64,000 nucleotides of DNA from Octopus bimaculoides (Eukaryota). Shown piece by piece: positions 63,720 to 64,000 of this stretch. The notes below the pieces were generated by a model. The model searched no databases and was not told where the DNA came from. It worked only from the letters and a program-made list of their open reading frames with translations. Each line of letters starts with the position of its first letter. Within the stretch, counting starts at the first letter, position 1. The stretch lies in the NCBI RefSeq assembly GCF_001194135.2, contig NC_068984.1, positions 292,439-356,438 of the forward strand, in the 5' to 3' direction. The position numbers and the translations under genes were made by a program.

Positions 63720-63925
63720 ACCAGCACCACCATTAGCCCACCGGGCGAAAGGCTGAGTGGTATTTTGTTTGTTTTTACGTTCTGAGTTCAAGTTCTGCCG
63801 AGGTCGACTTTGCCTTTCATCCTTTCGGGGTCGATAAATTAAGTACCAGTTGCGTACTGTGGTCGATCTAATCGACTGGCCCCTCCCCTAAAATTTCGGA
63901 CCTTGTGCTTAGAGTAGAAAAGAAT
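63720..63925 (+). mobile_element. Deu/Nin-like tRNA SINE (well-preserved copy)
   Basis: GAGTTCAAGTTCTGCCGAGGTCGACTTTGCCTTTCATCCTTTCGGGGTCGATAAATTAAGTACCAG. Confidence 0.8.
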
Positions 63926-64000
63926 ACATACAGTCCTGTATATTTTCTAGTGATTGTGTCATCGTTACATTGGTATGTATAGTGTAGCTTACATTTCGAT

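Overview
AT-rich, microsatellite-dense eukaryotic genomic DNA with about 15 N-gaps. The repeat families and gene content suggest an octopod cephalopod (inference). The only host gene I can support is the 3' part of ECT2/pebble (RhoGEF) on the + strand. Four exons (56-7234) align with the PH domain and C-terminal RAFSFSKTP region of human ECT2 as I recall it, with consistent splice phases. Two further in-phase exons (8321, 13184) and several unresolved candidate terminal exons (20-32 kb) follow. The rest is transposon-derived: RTE LINEs and their (CAT)n-tailed 3' fragments, tRNA-derived SINEs (CORE-, Deu/Nin- and V-like), R4/Dong and HERO/NeSL-type REL retrotransposons, a mariner nested in a HERO copy, a deleted Gypsy remnant, a CR1/L2 fragment, an intact Merlin-like MITE and several minisatellites. 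The most unusual observations are: a tRNA-headed SINE carrying a Penelope-type hammerhead-like core (13836-14065); a 417-bp foldback in an ECT2 intron; a polarity-switching Gly/Pro trinucleotide foldback joined to a 321-bp inverted duplication; and a CCATTAA-rich array in the likely ECT2 3' region. Nothing here establishes a new system. All functional statements are hypotheses made without tools. Most ORFs in the supplied track are microsatellite, gap or TE artefacts.
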